The notes under the pieces are model-generated. The model made no database searches. It worked only from the letters and a program-made list of their open reading frames with translations, and was not told the DNA's origin. Positions 29,918 to 38,901 of a stretch of DNA of 64,000 nt are shown one piece after another. The stretch comes from a virus. A program made the translations under genes and the position numbers. Each line of letters opens with the position of its first letter. Position 1 is the stretch's first letter. Location of the stretch: the IMG/VR virus record IMGVR_UViG_3300010157_000047, positions 1-64,000 of that record; one strand, given 5' to 3'.

Positions 29918-31774
29918 ATGTGTGGACTATGGGGCTTTAGCTCTACAAATAAAAAAAACTGGGATCCATTGAATCGCTTTAAATTTGAATTATTAGGCAT
30001 TCAAATGGATTCCAGAGGGGGAGATGGTTGCGGTATAGCATATGATGGATTTGTGTTAAAGTCTGAAGAAATAAAAAAGTTTGATGATTTATTCAGAATC
30101 AATGATTTGATGCCAATTTCATTGAAATATCCAGCAATAATCGGCCATGATAGAAAAGCTTCAGTAGGTGAAAAATCATATGAAAATACTCAACCAATAT
30201 TTTTCACTGAAAAAGGAAATGCCGAGGATGAAATATCATCAATATTAGCACACAATGGAACGCTATATAATCATCAAGAATTATATGATAAGCATAAAGC
30301 AGAAATACATTATGGATTAGATACATCTAAAATGTCTGATAGTCAAATGCTTGCACTATTAATTGAAAAAGTTGGTTGGTCAATACTTAATGAATATATT
30401 GGTACAGCTGCAATATTATATATGAATGCCAATGAAAATGGTGTAATATATGCTTATCATGGTAAGTCTCCCACAAGAAAAGATTTTGCAGAGACAGAAG
30501 AAAGACCTTTATATTATTGCATAGATCAAGATAATATATGGTTTTGCAGTACTAAAACAGCATTAAGAGTAATTGTTAAAGATGAGAAATTAATAGAGGA
30601 ATTACCATTTAATAAAGTATTTAAAATTATTGGCAATTCTATGACTGAAGTTTTTGATGTCAATAGAAGTAATTCATTTCAAATTGAAACTATTGTTAAA
30701 GAATATCCTAAATCATTTCCAACAAGAAGTGAATATTCTATTCCAGGATATAAATATGGATATAATTATGGATACAATTATGGATATGGATATGATGATG
30801 ATATATATGATGAAACATTATCTACTAGAAATAAATCAAATAACAATACAAATCAATTAAAATTAGCATATAATACAGTTGAAACTCCATTATTTAATGA
30901 TGTTAAACCAACTTATTATCCAGTAAATACTTGTTATTGGGATAGGGGATTATATTATAGTGATGCAAAATTGCTGCATGGAATGGTGGCAATGAATAAA
31001 TCTGGCGTAATTCAACATAATAAAGATAGAATAAAAAGTGAAAATTATTGTTTTTATTTCTGGAATGGAAATTTAATAAATAAAAGAACTGATTTTATTA
31101 AAGCAACATATTATTATGAAGACTATGTAAATACTATTTCACCAAAGCAAATGTTGATTGATATCTCACAATATTTTGCATTTCCATATAAAATACCGTC
31201 AGAAATTGGTGGAGACGATAATATATTGTATGAAGGAGGATCTAAAGTAACAAATTCTAAATTTAATGGGCATATTCATCCATTATTTACCACTAAAAAG
31301 TTAACATTTAGAGATGGAACATTAATAGATTTATTACTTAATAATTCATATGAAAAATTAAATAATGTTATTAATTTATCTGATACATGGCCAGAAGAAT
31401 TTATTGAATGGGAAAAATCGCATTTAATTGAAATGAAAGATATTCAAAATGAAATGATTAAATCCAGTAAGATAAATAAAGAAAGCTATGAATGTCCAGA
31501 ATGCATGGGTAATGGAGGCGGAATAGAAGATGTATGCGAAATGTGTAATGGAGACGGAATAGTTGCTAATGATATTATTATTGATGCTATGAAATATATT
31601 GTAGGAATGCAAGATGATGTAACAATACTTGCGGAAAGTGCAAAAATTGCAATTGCAATAAATAACATAGCAGATATGGGAATATCTATCCTGGAAGAGC
31701 CTAATGCGTCCGTATTAGGAAGTGAAATGTTATCTAAATTATATACAATTAAAGAATGTTTAGCAAATGATTGA
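29918..31774 (+). CDS. Class II (Ntn) glutamine amidotransferase with C-terminal CxxCxGxG Zn finger
   Basis: N-terminal MCGLWG, RGGDGCG, GHDRKAS, HNGT, DSQ; CPECMGNG...CEMCNGDG. Confidence 0.88.
   Translation: MCGLWGFSSTNKKNWDPLNRFKFELLGIQMDSRGGDGCGIAYDGFVLKSEEIKKFDDLFRINDLMPISLKYPAIIGHDRKASVGEKSYENTQPIFFTEKGNAEDEISSILAHNGTLYNHQELYDKHKAEIHYGLDTSKMSDSQMLALLIEKVGWSILNEYIGTAAILYMNANENGVIYAYHGKSPTRKDFAETEERPLYYCIDQDNIWFCSTKTALRVIVKDEKLIEELPFNKVFKIIGNSMTEVFDVNRSNSFQIETIVKEYPKSFPTRSEYSIPGYKYGYNYGYNYGYGYDDDIYDETLSTRNKSNNNTNQLKLAYNTVETPLFNDVKPTYYPVNTCYWDRGLYYSDAKLLHGMVAMNKSGVIQHNKDRIKSENYCFYFWNGNLINKRTDFIKATYYYEDYVNTISPKQMLIDISQYFAFPYKIPSEIGGDDNILYEGGSKVTNSKFNGHIHPLFTTKKLTFRDGTLIDLLLNNSYEKLNNVINLSDTWPEEFIEWEKSHLIEMKDIQNEMIKSSKINKESYECPECMGNGGGIEDVCEMCNGDGIVANDIIIDAMKYIVGMQDDVTILAESAKIAIAINNIADMGISILEEPNASVLGSEMLSKLYTIKECLAND
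30746..30793 (+). repeat. 12-bp tandem repeat encoding GY(K/N)Y
   Basis: ggatataaatat ggatataattat ggatacaattat ggatatggatat. Confidence 0.7.
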
Positions 31775-33332
31775 TTCAACAATAACAACATATGATGGTC
31801 ATGAAGAGCATAAAGATCATTGTGTATTTATAAGAGGTAAATATTACCATAAAGAAAGGGATTGCACTTATTATGAAGGAACATATTATTCGCCATTTAG
31901 TAGATATTTAGTATTAGATAATGAAACAAATAAAAAAGTTCATTCATTAAATGCTAAATTAAATTTTGGTGTAATAAATTATATAAATGGCAAATATATA
32001 CTTGGATATTATTCTAAGAATATAATAAAGAATTGCAATTTATATCTTCCTACAAAAATAAATACTGAAGAATTTAATAATATTATTTCAGAAATATCTT
32101 CCAGTAATCAAAATAGCATAGTAAGTGATAATATTCATCAGAATATTTTTATTGACATAATGGGTAATTCATTTGTTACAACTACAAGTACTGATGATAT
32201 TATAGAATATATTAATTGTGAAAGATTGGTAAAATGTATGGACATTAATAAATTCATCAATAATGAAACTATCTTATCAATGAATTGCGATTCCTTATGC
32301 AATATTAATGATATAAAATCTTACAATAAATTTTACATTGATTTTAATAAAATATCTGCCATTACTCCATATGATTTTAATTTATCATATAATTCAGAAA
32401 CTATGATGCAGACATTTCAATCATCATTTGAAAATAATAAATTCAATATGAGTGAAAATTCTAAATCATTAAGTAAATATATTAAAGATTTTACATTTGG
32501 TGTTGAATATGAAACTTGGGATGGTAGAATTCCAACATATCTATGTGCAACTAATGGACTCATACCTGTCAGAGATGGTAGTTTACGTCATGATGGAATA
32601 TGTGGATTTGAATATGCATCAGTAATAATGAATGGTTTAACTGGGTTAAACGCTATAAAATCTCAATGTGAAGCATTAAATAAATATACAATATTCAATG
32701 AAAAATGCTCAATGCATATACATGTTGGCAATATAGAACGAACAAAAGATAATTTAATAAAATTATACCAAGCATTTTACAGTATTCAAGATTCAATATA
32801 TTCAATGTTTCCATCTTGTTTAAAACATACTAGTGAATATAAGCTTAAAGATTATTGTTCTCCTCTTCCATTAATGCCAGATGATGAAAATGCAATTGTA
32901 AAATGGCTTAGCGATGAAACAGAGTTATTTAAGCATTTTGGAAGAAATCATCCAAGAGATATAAATTCTCAATCCAAATGGCATATTAATTCAAGATATT
33001 CAATATGTAATTTAAACAATTTCTATTATACTGATAGGGGTACTGTTGAGCTTAGAATATCAACCCCTACGTTTAATCATAATAAAGTTGTTGCATTATT
33101 ATTATTGGTATGTTTAATAGTAGATGAAGCTATAAATAATAAATTTTACAGTACTGTTGAAGAATTAATAAATGCTACTATGGATGGTAATGAAAAAGAT
33201 TGGATGATAAATTACATTAAGTTTAGGCAAGATAATCTTTCATTATTTAAAAAAGATGAAAATGGAAATGTTAAATATTTTGAAACAATGAAAAATGATA
33301 ATGAAACAGGAAACGACGGAGACATTGCTTAA
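31767..33332 (+). CDS. Putative amidoligase (COOH-NH2 ligase family)
   Basis: FTFGVEYET, RDGSL, FEYAS, CSMHIHVG, SRY..CN, TVELR. Confidence 0.85.
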   Translation: MIDSTITTYDGHEEHKDHCVFIRGKYYHKERDCTYYEGTYYSPFSRYLVLDNETNKKVHSLNAKLNFGVINYINGKYILGYYSKNIIKNCNLYLPTKINTEEFNNIISEISSSNQNSIVSDNIHQNIFIDIMGNSFVTTTSTDDIIEYINCERLVKCMDINKFINNETILSMNCDSLCNINDIKSYNKFYIDFNKISAITPYDFNLSYNSETMMQTFQSSFENNKFNMSENSKSLSKYIKDFTFGVEYETWDGRIPTYLCATNGLIPVRDGSLRHDGICGFEYASVIMNGLTGLNAIKSQCEALNKYTIFNEKCSMHIHVGNIERTKDNLIKLYQAFYSIQDSIYSMFPSCLKHTSEYKLKDYCSPLPLMPDDENAIVKWLSDETELFKHFGRNHPRDINSQSKWHINSRYSICNLNNFYYTDRGTVELRISTPTFNHNKVVALLLLVCLIVDEAINNKFYSTVEELINATMDGNEKDWMINYIKFRQDNLSLFKKDENGNVKYFETMKNDNETGNDGDIA

Positions 33333-34029
33333 AAAGCTATATATAAGTCAGGATTTAATAATGGATTTGACATCATTTGGTTATCAGGGACATTTAATAT
33401 CAGATTTCTATTTAGAAGAAGATGTTAGAATAGCCATTTCCGCATTAAATACAATTCATATGCATGAGGAAATGTATCCTTCATTACCATTTTTGCCATT
33501 TTCATTTTGCGATATAAATGATGTAAAATGTGTTATTATTGGTGGAATGCCCAATATGTCTAATATTGAAAAATGGACTGGGAGTGCATATTCTTATGAT
33601 ATTAAGAATCATAAAACTCTGTTTCATAATAAAGTAATAAAAGATCTTAATAAAGGAATTCCATATTTTAAGGATGTAGAATCAGATAATTATAGATTGC
33701 AAGATTCTGGCATTCTTATGCTTCATGAAACAATGTCTGTTAGCAGAAATAATTTTATGTCATGTGCTACATTTTGGACGCCAATTATTTTTAGATTATT
33801 AAATTATATATCTATTAATGATGCAAGCGTTCCAATTGTATTTACAACAAAATCTGCTAAAGAAACATACAGACTTGCTGTATTACTTTCTGAAAATGTA
33901 TTTTCATTAAATTTAAAAGATGCAGATAGCATATCTGAAAATCCATTTATATTTAACGCAATACAGGTTGCAATAAATAATAAACGAGGTAAAGATAAAG
34001 TTGATTTATTAAAATTAATAAGTATATGA
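33295..34029 (+). CDS. Uracil-DNA-glycosylase-fold protein with eroded active site
   Basis: MYP..F..F....DVKCVIIGGMPN (cf. VKVVILGQDPY); GILMLH (cf. GVLLLN); no HPS motif. Confidence 0.7.
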   Translation: MIMKQETTETLLKKLYISQDLIMDLTSFGYQGHLISDFYLEEDVRIAISALNTIHMHEEMYPSLPFLPFSFCDINDVKCVIIGGMPNMSNIEKWTGSAYSYDIKNHKTLFHNKVIKDLNKGIPYFKDVESDNYRLQDSGILMLHETMSVSRNNFMSCATFWTPIIFRLLNYISINDASVPIVFTTKSAKETYRLAVLLSENVFSLNLKDADSISENPFIFNAIQVAINNKRGKDKVDLLKLISI

Positions 34030-35075
34030 TTATAAATAAACAATATTTAGAAGGATTACAATCATTTAAGACTGAGGGGGAGTATAGAGATTCCCCCTCT
34101 CTTAATTATTCAACATTAAAAAGAATACCAGAAGGGCCACAATGCTTAGTTGAAGAAAAAATAGAACATGCCAGAGATGCTTTTGCTGTTGGAAATTATG
34201 TAGATAGATGGTTTACAGATAATAATTCAATAAATGACATATATGAGCTTGAAAAACCTAAAATTGAGCTCAATGCATCATTAAATGTATTGTATTCATT
34301 TTTCATTGAATCTGGTGAAATCATTGATGTGCCATCATTAGATACTTGTGTTGAAGTTGCAAGACAATTAAAATTATGGGATTCTATTAAAGATGATGAA
34401 AAGATTAAAACTAGAATAACGGATGAATTTTTTAATAAGATTAATCAATACAATGAAAAATCTAATAAAATTCAATTAACTGAAGATCAATATGCACAAG
34501 CACAATCATCTATTCAAAATATTGAGAAAAATGAAGATGCTTTAAAATTAATATCTGAGAAAGAAGATCAATTTATAATTCCACAATTTAAATGGGAATT
34601 TGAAATGATTGTTCCAAGTGGTAGAATACATAAATTTAGGGTTATGTATGATTTATTATGCTTTGATATTAAGAATGGAACAATATCTGCAATTGATATT
34701 AAAACTGGAGCTAAAGAGTCTCATAAATTTGGGGAACAATTTTTAGAATACAGGTATGACATACAAGGCATATTGTATTATTTTGGATTATTAGCTCTTA
34801 GGAAGCAACATTTCCCAAATTGGGATAACATCAAGCCTTCTGCATTTAAGTTCCTTTATTCGCCTAAAAAAAGCAATAGATCTCCAATTATAGTATCATT
34901 AACAGATACATTTATTAAAATGTATGGAGATTTATTAAATTGTGGAAATAAAAAGCAAGATGGATTTTTCAAAATACTAGATGATGCAGATTGGTACATT
35001 GAAAATTGTATATTTGATAAGCATAGAATTATTGCAGAATCAAAAGAATCTATAGAAATTGATAAATTAATTTAA
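34026..35075 (+). CDS. PD-(D/E)XK exonuclease (RecE/DUF3799-like)
   Basis: LNYSTLK; RVMYDLL..D, IDIKTG, YRYDIQGILY. Confidence 0.8.
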   Translation: MIINKQYLEGLQSFKTEGEYRDSPSLNYSTLKRIPEGPQCLVEEKIEHARDAFAVGNYVDRWFTDNNSINDIYELEKPKIELNASLNVLYSFFIESGEIIDVPSLDTCVEVARQLKLWDSIKDDEKIKTRITDEFFNKINQYNEKSNKIQLTEDQYAQAQSSIQNIEKNEDALKLISEKEDQFIIPQFKWEFEMIVPSGRIHKFRVMYDLLCFDIKNGTISAIDIKTGAKESHKFGEQFLEYRYDIQGILYYFGLLALRKQHFPNWDNIKPSAFKFLYSPKKSNRSPIIVSLTDTFIKMYGDLLNCGNKKQDGFFKILDDADWYIENCIFDKHRIIAESKESIEIDKLI

Positions 35076-35076
35076 C

Positions 35077-35847
35077 ATGAATGTAGATTCAATTATAGAA
35101 CTTTATCCGCATATTGAAAAATTAATAGGTGGAAGATATCCATTTGCACTAGGAGGATATCCAGCATTAGTTAAACAAGGAATATTAAAAGAATCTAGAG
35201 AGACAAAAGATGTAGATTTATGCGTATTTACAAATAGAGACTATCAAAGTGGAGGAGCAATAAGCTATTTTAATCATAACTTACATATCAACTTGGAAAA
35301 TTGGAATAATTATTTTAAAAAAACATTAGAAGATAATGTAAATTATGAAATACAAATTGAAGACAATAGTTTTTCATTAAATTCAGAAAAATCAGTTAAA
35401 GATCAAAAAGATAAATTATTATTATTATTAGGAATAGATAAAATGGCAACTATATCATTAATTAGAAACGTTAATAGCCTGAAAAATAAGATAGTATATA
35501 ATGCATCTGAAATGACTAGTAAATATTTATTGAAAACTGCAATATTTTTTAATAAATTTTCTGAAATAAATGACATTAATAAAATACAGTTTGATTTATT
35601 TTTCCTTAATTTTACAAAAATTAATAATTCAACAGTTATAATTGACGGAATAAGATATGTAGATTATTATGTTATATTAAAAGCTAAGTATGAATATTGT
35701 TTAAATAAATTAACTAATGATAAATCATTTGAAAAACATATAAATGATTTAAATGAATCTTTTAATATTGTTCATATTGATGGAGTTAATTTTCCTAAAA
35801 ACGTAGATTTTTTAATTAAAAAGAGAGAAAATGAGAAAAATAAATGA
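35077..35847 (+). CDS. Nucleotidyltransferase-fold protein
   Basis: LGGYPAL..QG...R.TKDVDL (hG[GS]..DxD); third acidic FDLF; ILKAK...KH..DL. Confidence 0.7.
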   Translation: MNVDSIIELYPHIEKLIGGRYPFALGGYPALVKQGILKESRETKDVDLCVFTNRDYQSGGAISYFNHNLHINLENWNNYFKKTLEDNVNYEIQIEDNSFSLNSEKSVKDQKDKLLLLLGIDKMATISLIRNVNSLKNKIVYNASEMTSKYLLKTAIFFNKFSEINDINKIQFDLFFLNFTKINNSTVIIDGIRYVDYYVILKAKYEYCLNKLTNDKSFEKHINDLNESFNIVHIDGVNFPKNVDFLIKKRENEKNK

Positions 35848-36028
35848 GGAAATATTAATGAAACATTATAAATGTTCATGGAGAAGTGAATTATATCAAG
35901 CAATTGCATTAAATCCTAATGTAGATCTTATATTGGACGCAATGGAAGAGGCTGGAAGAGAGGCAGTTGTAAGTTATTCAGATTATAAAACAGAAAATTC
36001 AACTAAAAATTATATTCATGAAAAATAA
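35831..36028 (+). CDS. Hypothetical protein
   Basis: 65-aa coupled ORF. Confidence 0.5.
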   Translation: MRKINEEILMKHYKCSWRSELYQAIALNPNVDLILDAMEEAGREAVVSYSDYKTENSTKNYIHEK

Positions 36029-36473
36029 ATCATTATCTTATATATTACCGCTAATTAAAGGATGGTCTGCGAAAGCAGATTGTCCTATTAATTGCTATTC
36101 AAACACAATAGTCCCAAATTCACTAACAGTTTCATACTATAAAAATTCAGAATATCATGAAGAAGGAATAATAATAAGTGAAAATGATGAAATTATAAAT
36201 ATATCATATTTTATAATGGATGAATTTATACATGATTATAGAATTATATTAAAAGGTAATTATAGTAGAATTAGCGAAGAATGCAAACAGCTTATACTTG
36301 GAAGAACTCCCTCTATAACTGAATTTAGCAAAATAGAATCAGTATTTTATAAAACTAAAGGAAGAAAAAAGTATTTAGAAAATAAATTAGGAATATTAAA
36401 TATTGATGAATATACTAATGAATATGAAAGTAAATTTAATGAAAGTGAAATATTTAATTTAGAAGAAGCATGA
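36018..36473 (+). CDS. Hypothetical crAss-like protein
   Basis: 151 aa; G.YS.ISE..K..IL. Confidence 0.55.
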   Translation: MKNKSLSYILPLIKGWSAKADCPINCYSNTIVPNSLTVSYYKNSEYHEEGIIISENDEIINISYFIMDEFIHDYRIILKGNYSRISEECKQLILGRTPSITEFSKIESVFYKTKGRKKYLENKLGILNIDEYTNEYESKFNESEIFNLEEA

Positions 36474-36763
36474 TAGATAAAGCATTAAGATATAATAATG
36501 GAAAATTAGATTGGACATTATTAGACTTTAAATCTCTTGAGCCATTAGTAAAAGTTATGACTTACGGAGAAAAAAAGTATAATAGATTTAATTGGCAGAA
36601 ACCATGTGATGATCCACGTCAGCATTTACAATCAGCAATGAGACATTTAGTAGCATTAATTAATAGCGAGGAATTTGATGATGAATCTACAGAACGTCAT
36701 ACAGGCCATGTAATGGCAAATATGATGATGTATAACTTTCATACAAGGCATATAAATGAATGA
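36470..36763 (+). CDS. dATP/dGTP diphosphohydrolase N-terminal domain protein (DUF5664-like)
   Basis: RYNNGKLDW.L, VMTYGEKKY..NW, SAMRHL, DDES...H..H...N. Confidence 0.8.
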   Translation: MIDKALRYNNGKLDWTLLDFKSLEPLVKVMTYGEKKYNRFNWQKPCDDPRQHLQSAMRHLVALINSEEFDDESTERHTGHVMANMMMYNFHTRHINE

Positions 36764-36893
36764 CACAAAAGGTGCTATATGCGCAGCTTGCGGTACATGG
36801 CATTATCATATAATATGTCCTAAATGTGGATCAGTAGTTTCAATTAAAAAAGTTAATTATGAAAGCGAGAGAAGATGCAGAAAATCTAATTGA
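36756..36893 (+). CDS. Small Zn-ribbon protein (not in ORF track)
   Basis: MNDTKGAICAACG...CPKCGS, 45 aa. Confidence 0.55.
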   Translation: MNDTKGAICAACGTWHYHIICPKCGSVVSIKKVNYESERRCRKSN

Positions 36894-37077
36894 TCAATTT
36901 TTAAGACAAATAATGTATTTACATGGAGAATGGGAATCACAAGTAAATGCTGCAATAGAATGTGCAATAATATGTGCAGAAAGTTCATTAAAAGCAAGCA
37001 TGATGTCATCAGCATTAATTAAGATGCATTGGAAATTAATTATAATTGAATTAAATAATATTAAAAATGACAGATAG
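36859..37077 (+). CDS. Hypothetical protein
   Basis: 72-aa ORF. Confidence 0.55.
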   Translation: MKAREDAENLIDQFLRQIMYLHGEWESQVNAAIECAIICAESSLKASMMSSALIKMHWKLIIIELNNIKNDR

Positions 37078-37291
37078 AATTATTATAAGACAATTAATAA
37101 GAGAATTTATAGCAAAATATTGCATTAAAATAGAACTTAATGATTCAAAAGAATATATTGATAATATATTAAAAAATCATGAAATAATTGAATACAATGA
37201 AATAAAATATTATATACCAAATCATAATTTTTTATTTACAGTAGATGATGATATATTGGGTAGAATGTTGTTTGCAACGTATAAAGTTTAA
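37067..37291 (+). CDS. Hypothetical protein
   Basis: 74-aa ORF. Confidence 0.5.
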   Translation: MTDRIIIRQLIREFIAKYCIKIELNDSKEYIDNILKNHEIIEYNEIKYYIPNHNFLFTVDDDILGRMLFATYKV

Positions 37292-37295
37292 TATT

Positions 37296-37544
37296 ATGAC
37301 ACCGAAAGAAAAACTGAAAGCATTGCGTATATACGCTGTTATAAGCCGTTTTTTATTTCCATATCAAACGTGGATTAAAATGAGAGAAGAATCCAAAGAT
37401 AAATACAATGAAAAATTATGCTACTGTGGACATACGTATAAATGTACTTGTGGTAATCCAGATAAGAAATGTTTTAATGAAAGTGTAAAGCGTGGTAGCA
37501 TAATTTTGTGGGATGAAAATAATGGTTGGAATATTGGCTTATAA
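37296..37544 (+). CDS. Cys-rich hypothetical protein in a cassette-like unit
   Basis: MTPKEKLKALRIYAVISRF...LCYCGHTYKCTCGNP; stop lies within GGCTTATAAC. Confidence 0.6.
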   Translation: MTPKEKLKALRIYAVISRFLFPYQTWIKMREESKDKYNEKLCYCGHTYKCTCGNPDKKCFNESVKRGSIILWDENNGWNIGL

Positions 37545-37545
37545 C
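37338..37545. mobile_element. Candidate integron-like cassette bounded by inverted core sites
   Basis: GTTATAAGCC (37338-37347) and GGCTTATAAC (37536-37545) form a perfect 10-bp inverted repeat; gene stop overlaps TAAC. Confidence 0.4.
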
Positions 37546-37593
37546 TTACTTATAGGCGCAACAAACATATAACAAAGGATTGGAGGAAATGAA

Positions 37594-37914
37594 ATGAAAA
37601 AGCTATTGTTACTATTTTTATTATTACCAATTTTTGTAAAGTCACAAGACAGATATTTTGCAAAAGATAAGGCATTGCATGTAATATGTTCTACTAGTAT
37701 TGCAGTTGGATCTACAAAAATTGCGTATAAGTTAAATCTAAAGAATCCTGAATTAATAGGATGTGGATTTGCGCTATCAATTGGAATAGCAAAAGAATTT
37801 CTATATGATAAATCAGCAAGTCCTAAAGATCTACTAGCAGATGGTGTTGGAATAGTAGCTGGATATTATTTAAACAAATTAATTCATAAAAAATCAAATG
37901 CCAGACATAAGTAA
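37594..37914 (+). CDS. YfiM/DUF2279-like membrane protein
   Basis: Signal peptide MKKLLLLFLLLP; DKALH...GIAKEF.YD...SPKDLLADGVG. Confidence 0.7.
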   Translation: MKKLLLLFLLLPIFVKSQDRYFAKDKALHVICSTSIAVGSTKIAYKLNLKNPELIGCGFALSIGIAKEFLYDKSASPKDLLADGVGIVAGYYLNKLIHKKSNARHK

Positions 37915-38068
37915 ATGCGAAGGAACAGATTGCCCTTTAAAGGAATCGTGTTACCGATATACAGCTATAGATAGTGAATATCTACAGTCATATTTCATGA
38001 AAGCTCCTTATAATAAGGAAGAAGATAAATGTGATTACTATTGGAATAATAGTAAATATAAAGATTAA
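37898..38068 (+). CDS. Small Cys-rich phage protein (not in ORF track)
   Basis: MPDISKCEGTDCPLKESCYRY...QSYF...CDYYW, 56 aa. Confidence 0.65.
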   Translation: MPDISKCEGTDCPLKESCYRYTAIDSEYLQSYFMKAPYNKEEDKCDYYWNNSKYKD

Positions 38069-38236
38069 ATGTCAAAAAAATACGTAAAGGTTCTAGAAAA
38101 GAAAAAATTAGGCAGAAAAAAATATCCATATGAAGAGGAAAAAGTACCTTTAACAATATACGTTAGACGTAATAAAATTGAGGAACTTGGTGGTAGAGAT
38201 AAAATTAGAAGAATGCTTAACGATATTATAACATAA
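38069..38236 (+). CDS. Small basic DNA-binding-like protein (not in ORF track)
   Basis: MSKK...GRKKYPYEEEKVPLTIYV...LGG.DKIR, 55 aa. Confidence 0.55.
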   Translation: MSKKYVKVLEKKKLGRKKYPYEEEKVPLTIYVRRNKIEELGGRDKIRRMLNDIIT

Positions 38237-38239
38237 AAA

Positions 38240-38446
38240 ATGAATAGATATATAACTTGCATAATTAAAAATGAATCAAAGCAAACAAAGATATATGAAA
38301 GTGAATCATATAAAGATTTGTTAAAGTTAATAAAAAGTGATAATATTGGGGATTATAAACTGAAATATGCACGAAAAATGAATCTAGATGGAAATCATCA
38401 TTTTGGTATTAATATTTCAGCAAAAGCATATCAAAATCTTCTATAA
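38240..38446 (+). CDS. Hypothetical protein
   Basis: 68-aa ORF. Confidence 0.45.
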   Translation: MNRYITCIIKNESKQTKIYESESYKDLLKLIKSDNIGDYKLKYARKMNLDGNHHFGINISAKAYQNLL

Positions 38447-38901
38447 TGAATAAAAAAGTCAGAAATACTAAATCTTGGAATTATGATGGAGTAAAATTTC
38501 AATCAGGACTAGAGTTGTTCTGTTATAAGGAATTACAAAATAATAAAATTCCATTTATTTATCAACCAGAAAAACAAGTACTTCTTAAATCATTCAAAAT
38601 TAATTTCAAATGCTATGAAAGTGTGGGTAAAATATATCGTGATGAAAATAAGAAAATTACTAATTCAACTAAGCGATTTGATGTGGTTGATTCAATAAGG
38701 GAGATAGCATATACTCCTGACTTTATATGTCCTAATAATACGTGGGTAATTGAAACTAAGGGGTTCGCAAATGATGCGTTCCCCTTACGTTGGAAAATGT
38801 TCAAGAAGAAATTAGTAGAAATGAATTTTACTGGATTACTATTGAAGCCAGAAAATCAAAAAGAAATATCACAATGTATAGAAATAATTAAAAATCAATG
38901 A
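38446..38901 (+). CDS. PD-(D/E)XK endonuclease (T7 endonuclease I/DUF1064-like resolvase)
   Basis: DGVKFQSGLE, YTPDF, IETKG. Confidence 0.8.
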   Translation: MNKKVRNTKSWNYDGVKFQSGLELFCYKELQNNKIPFIYQPEKQVLLKSFKINFKCYESVGKIYRDENKKITNSTKRFDVVDSIREIAYTPDFICPNNTWVIETKGFANDAFPLRWKMFKKKLVEMNFTGLLLKPENQKEISQCIEIIKNQ

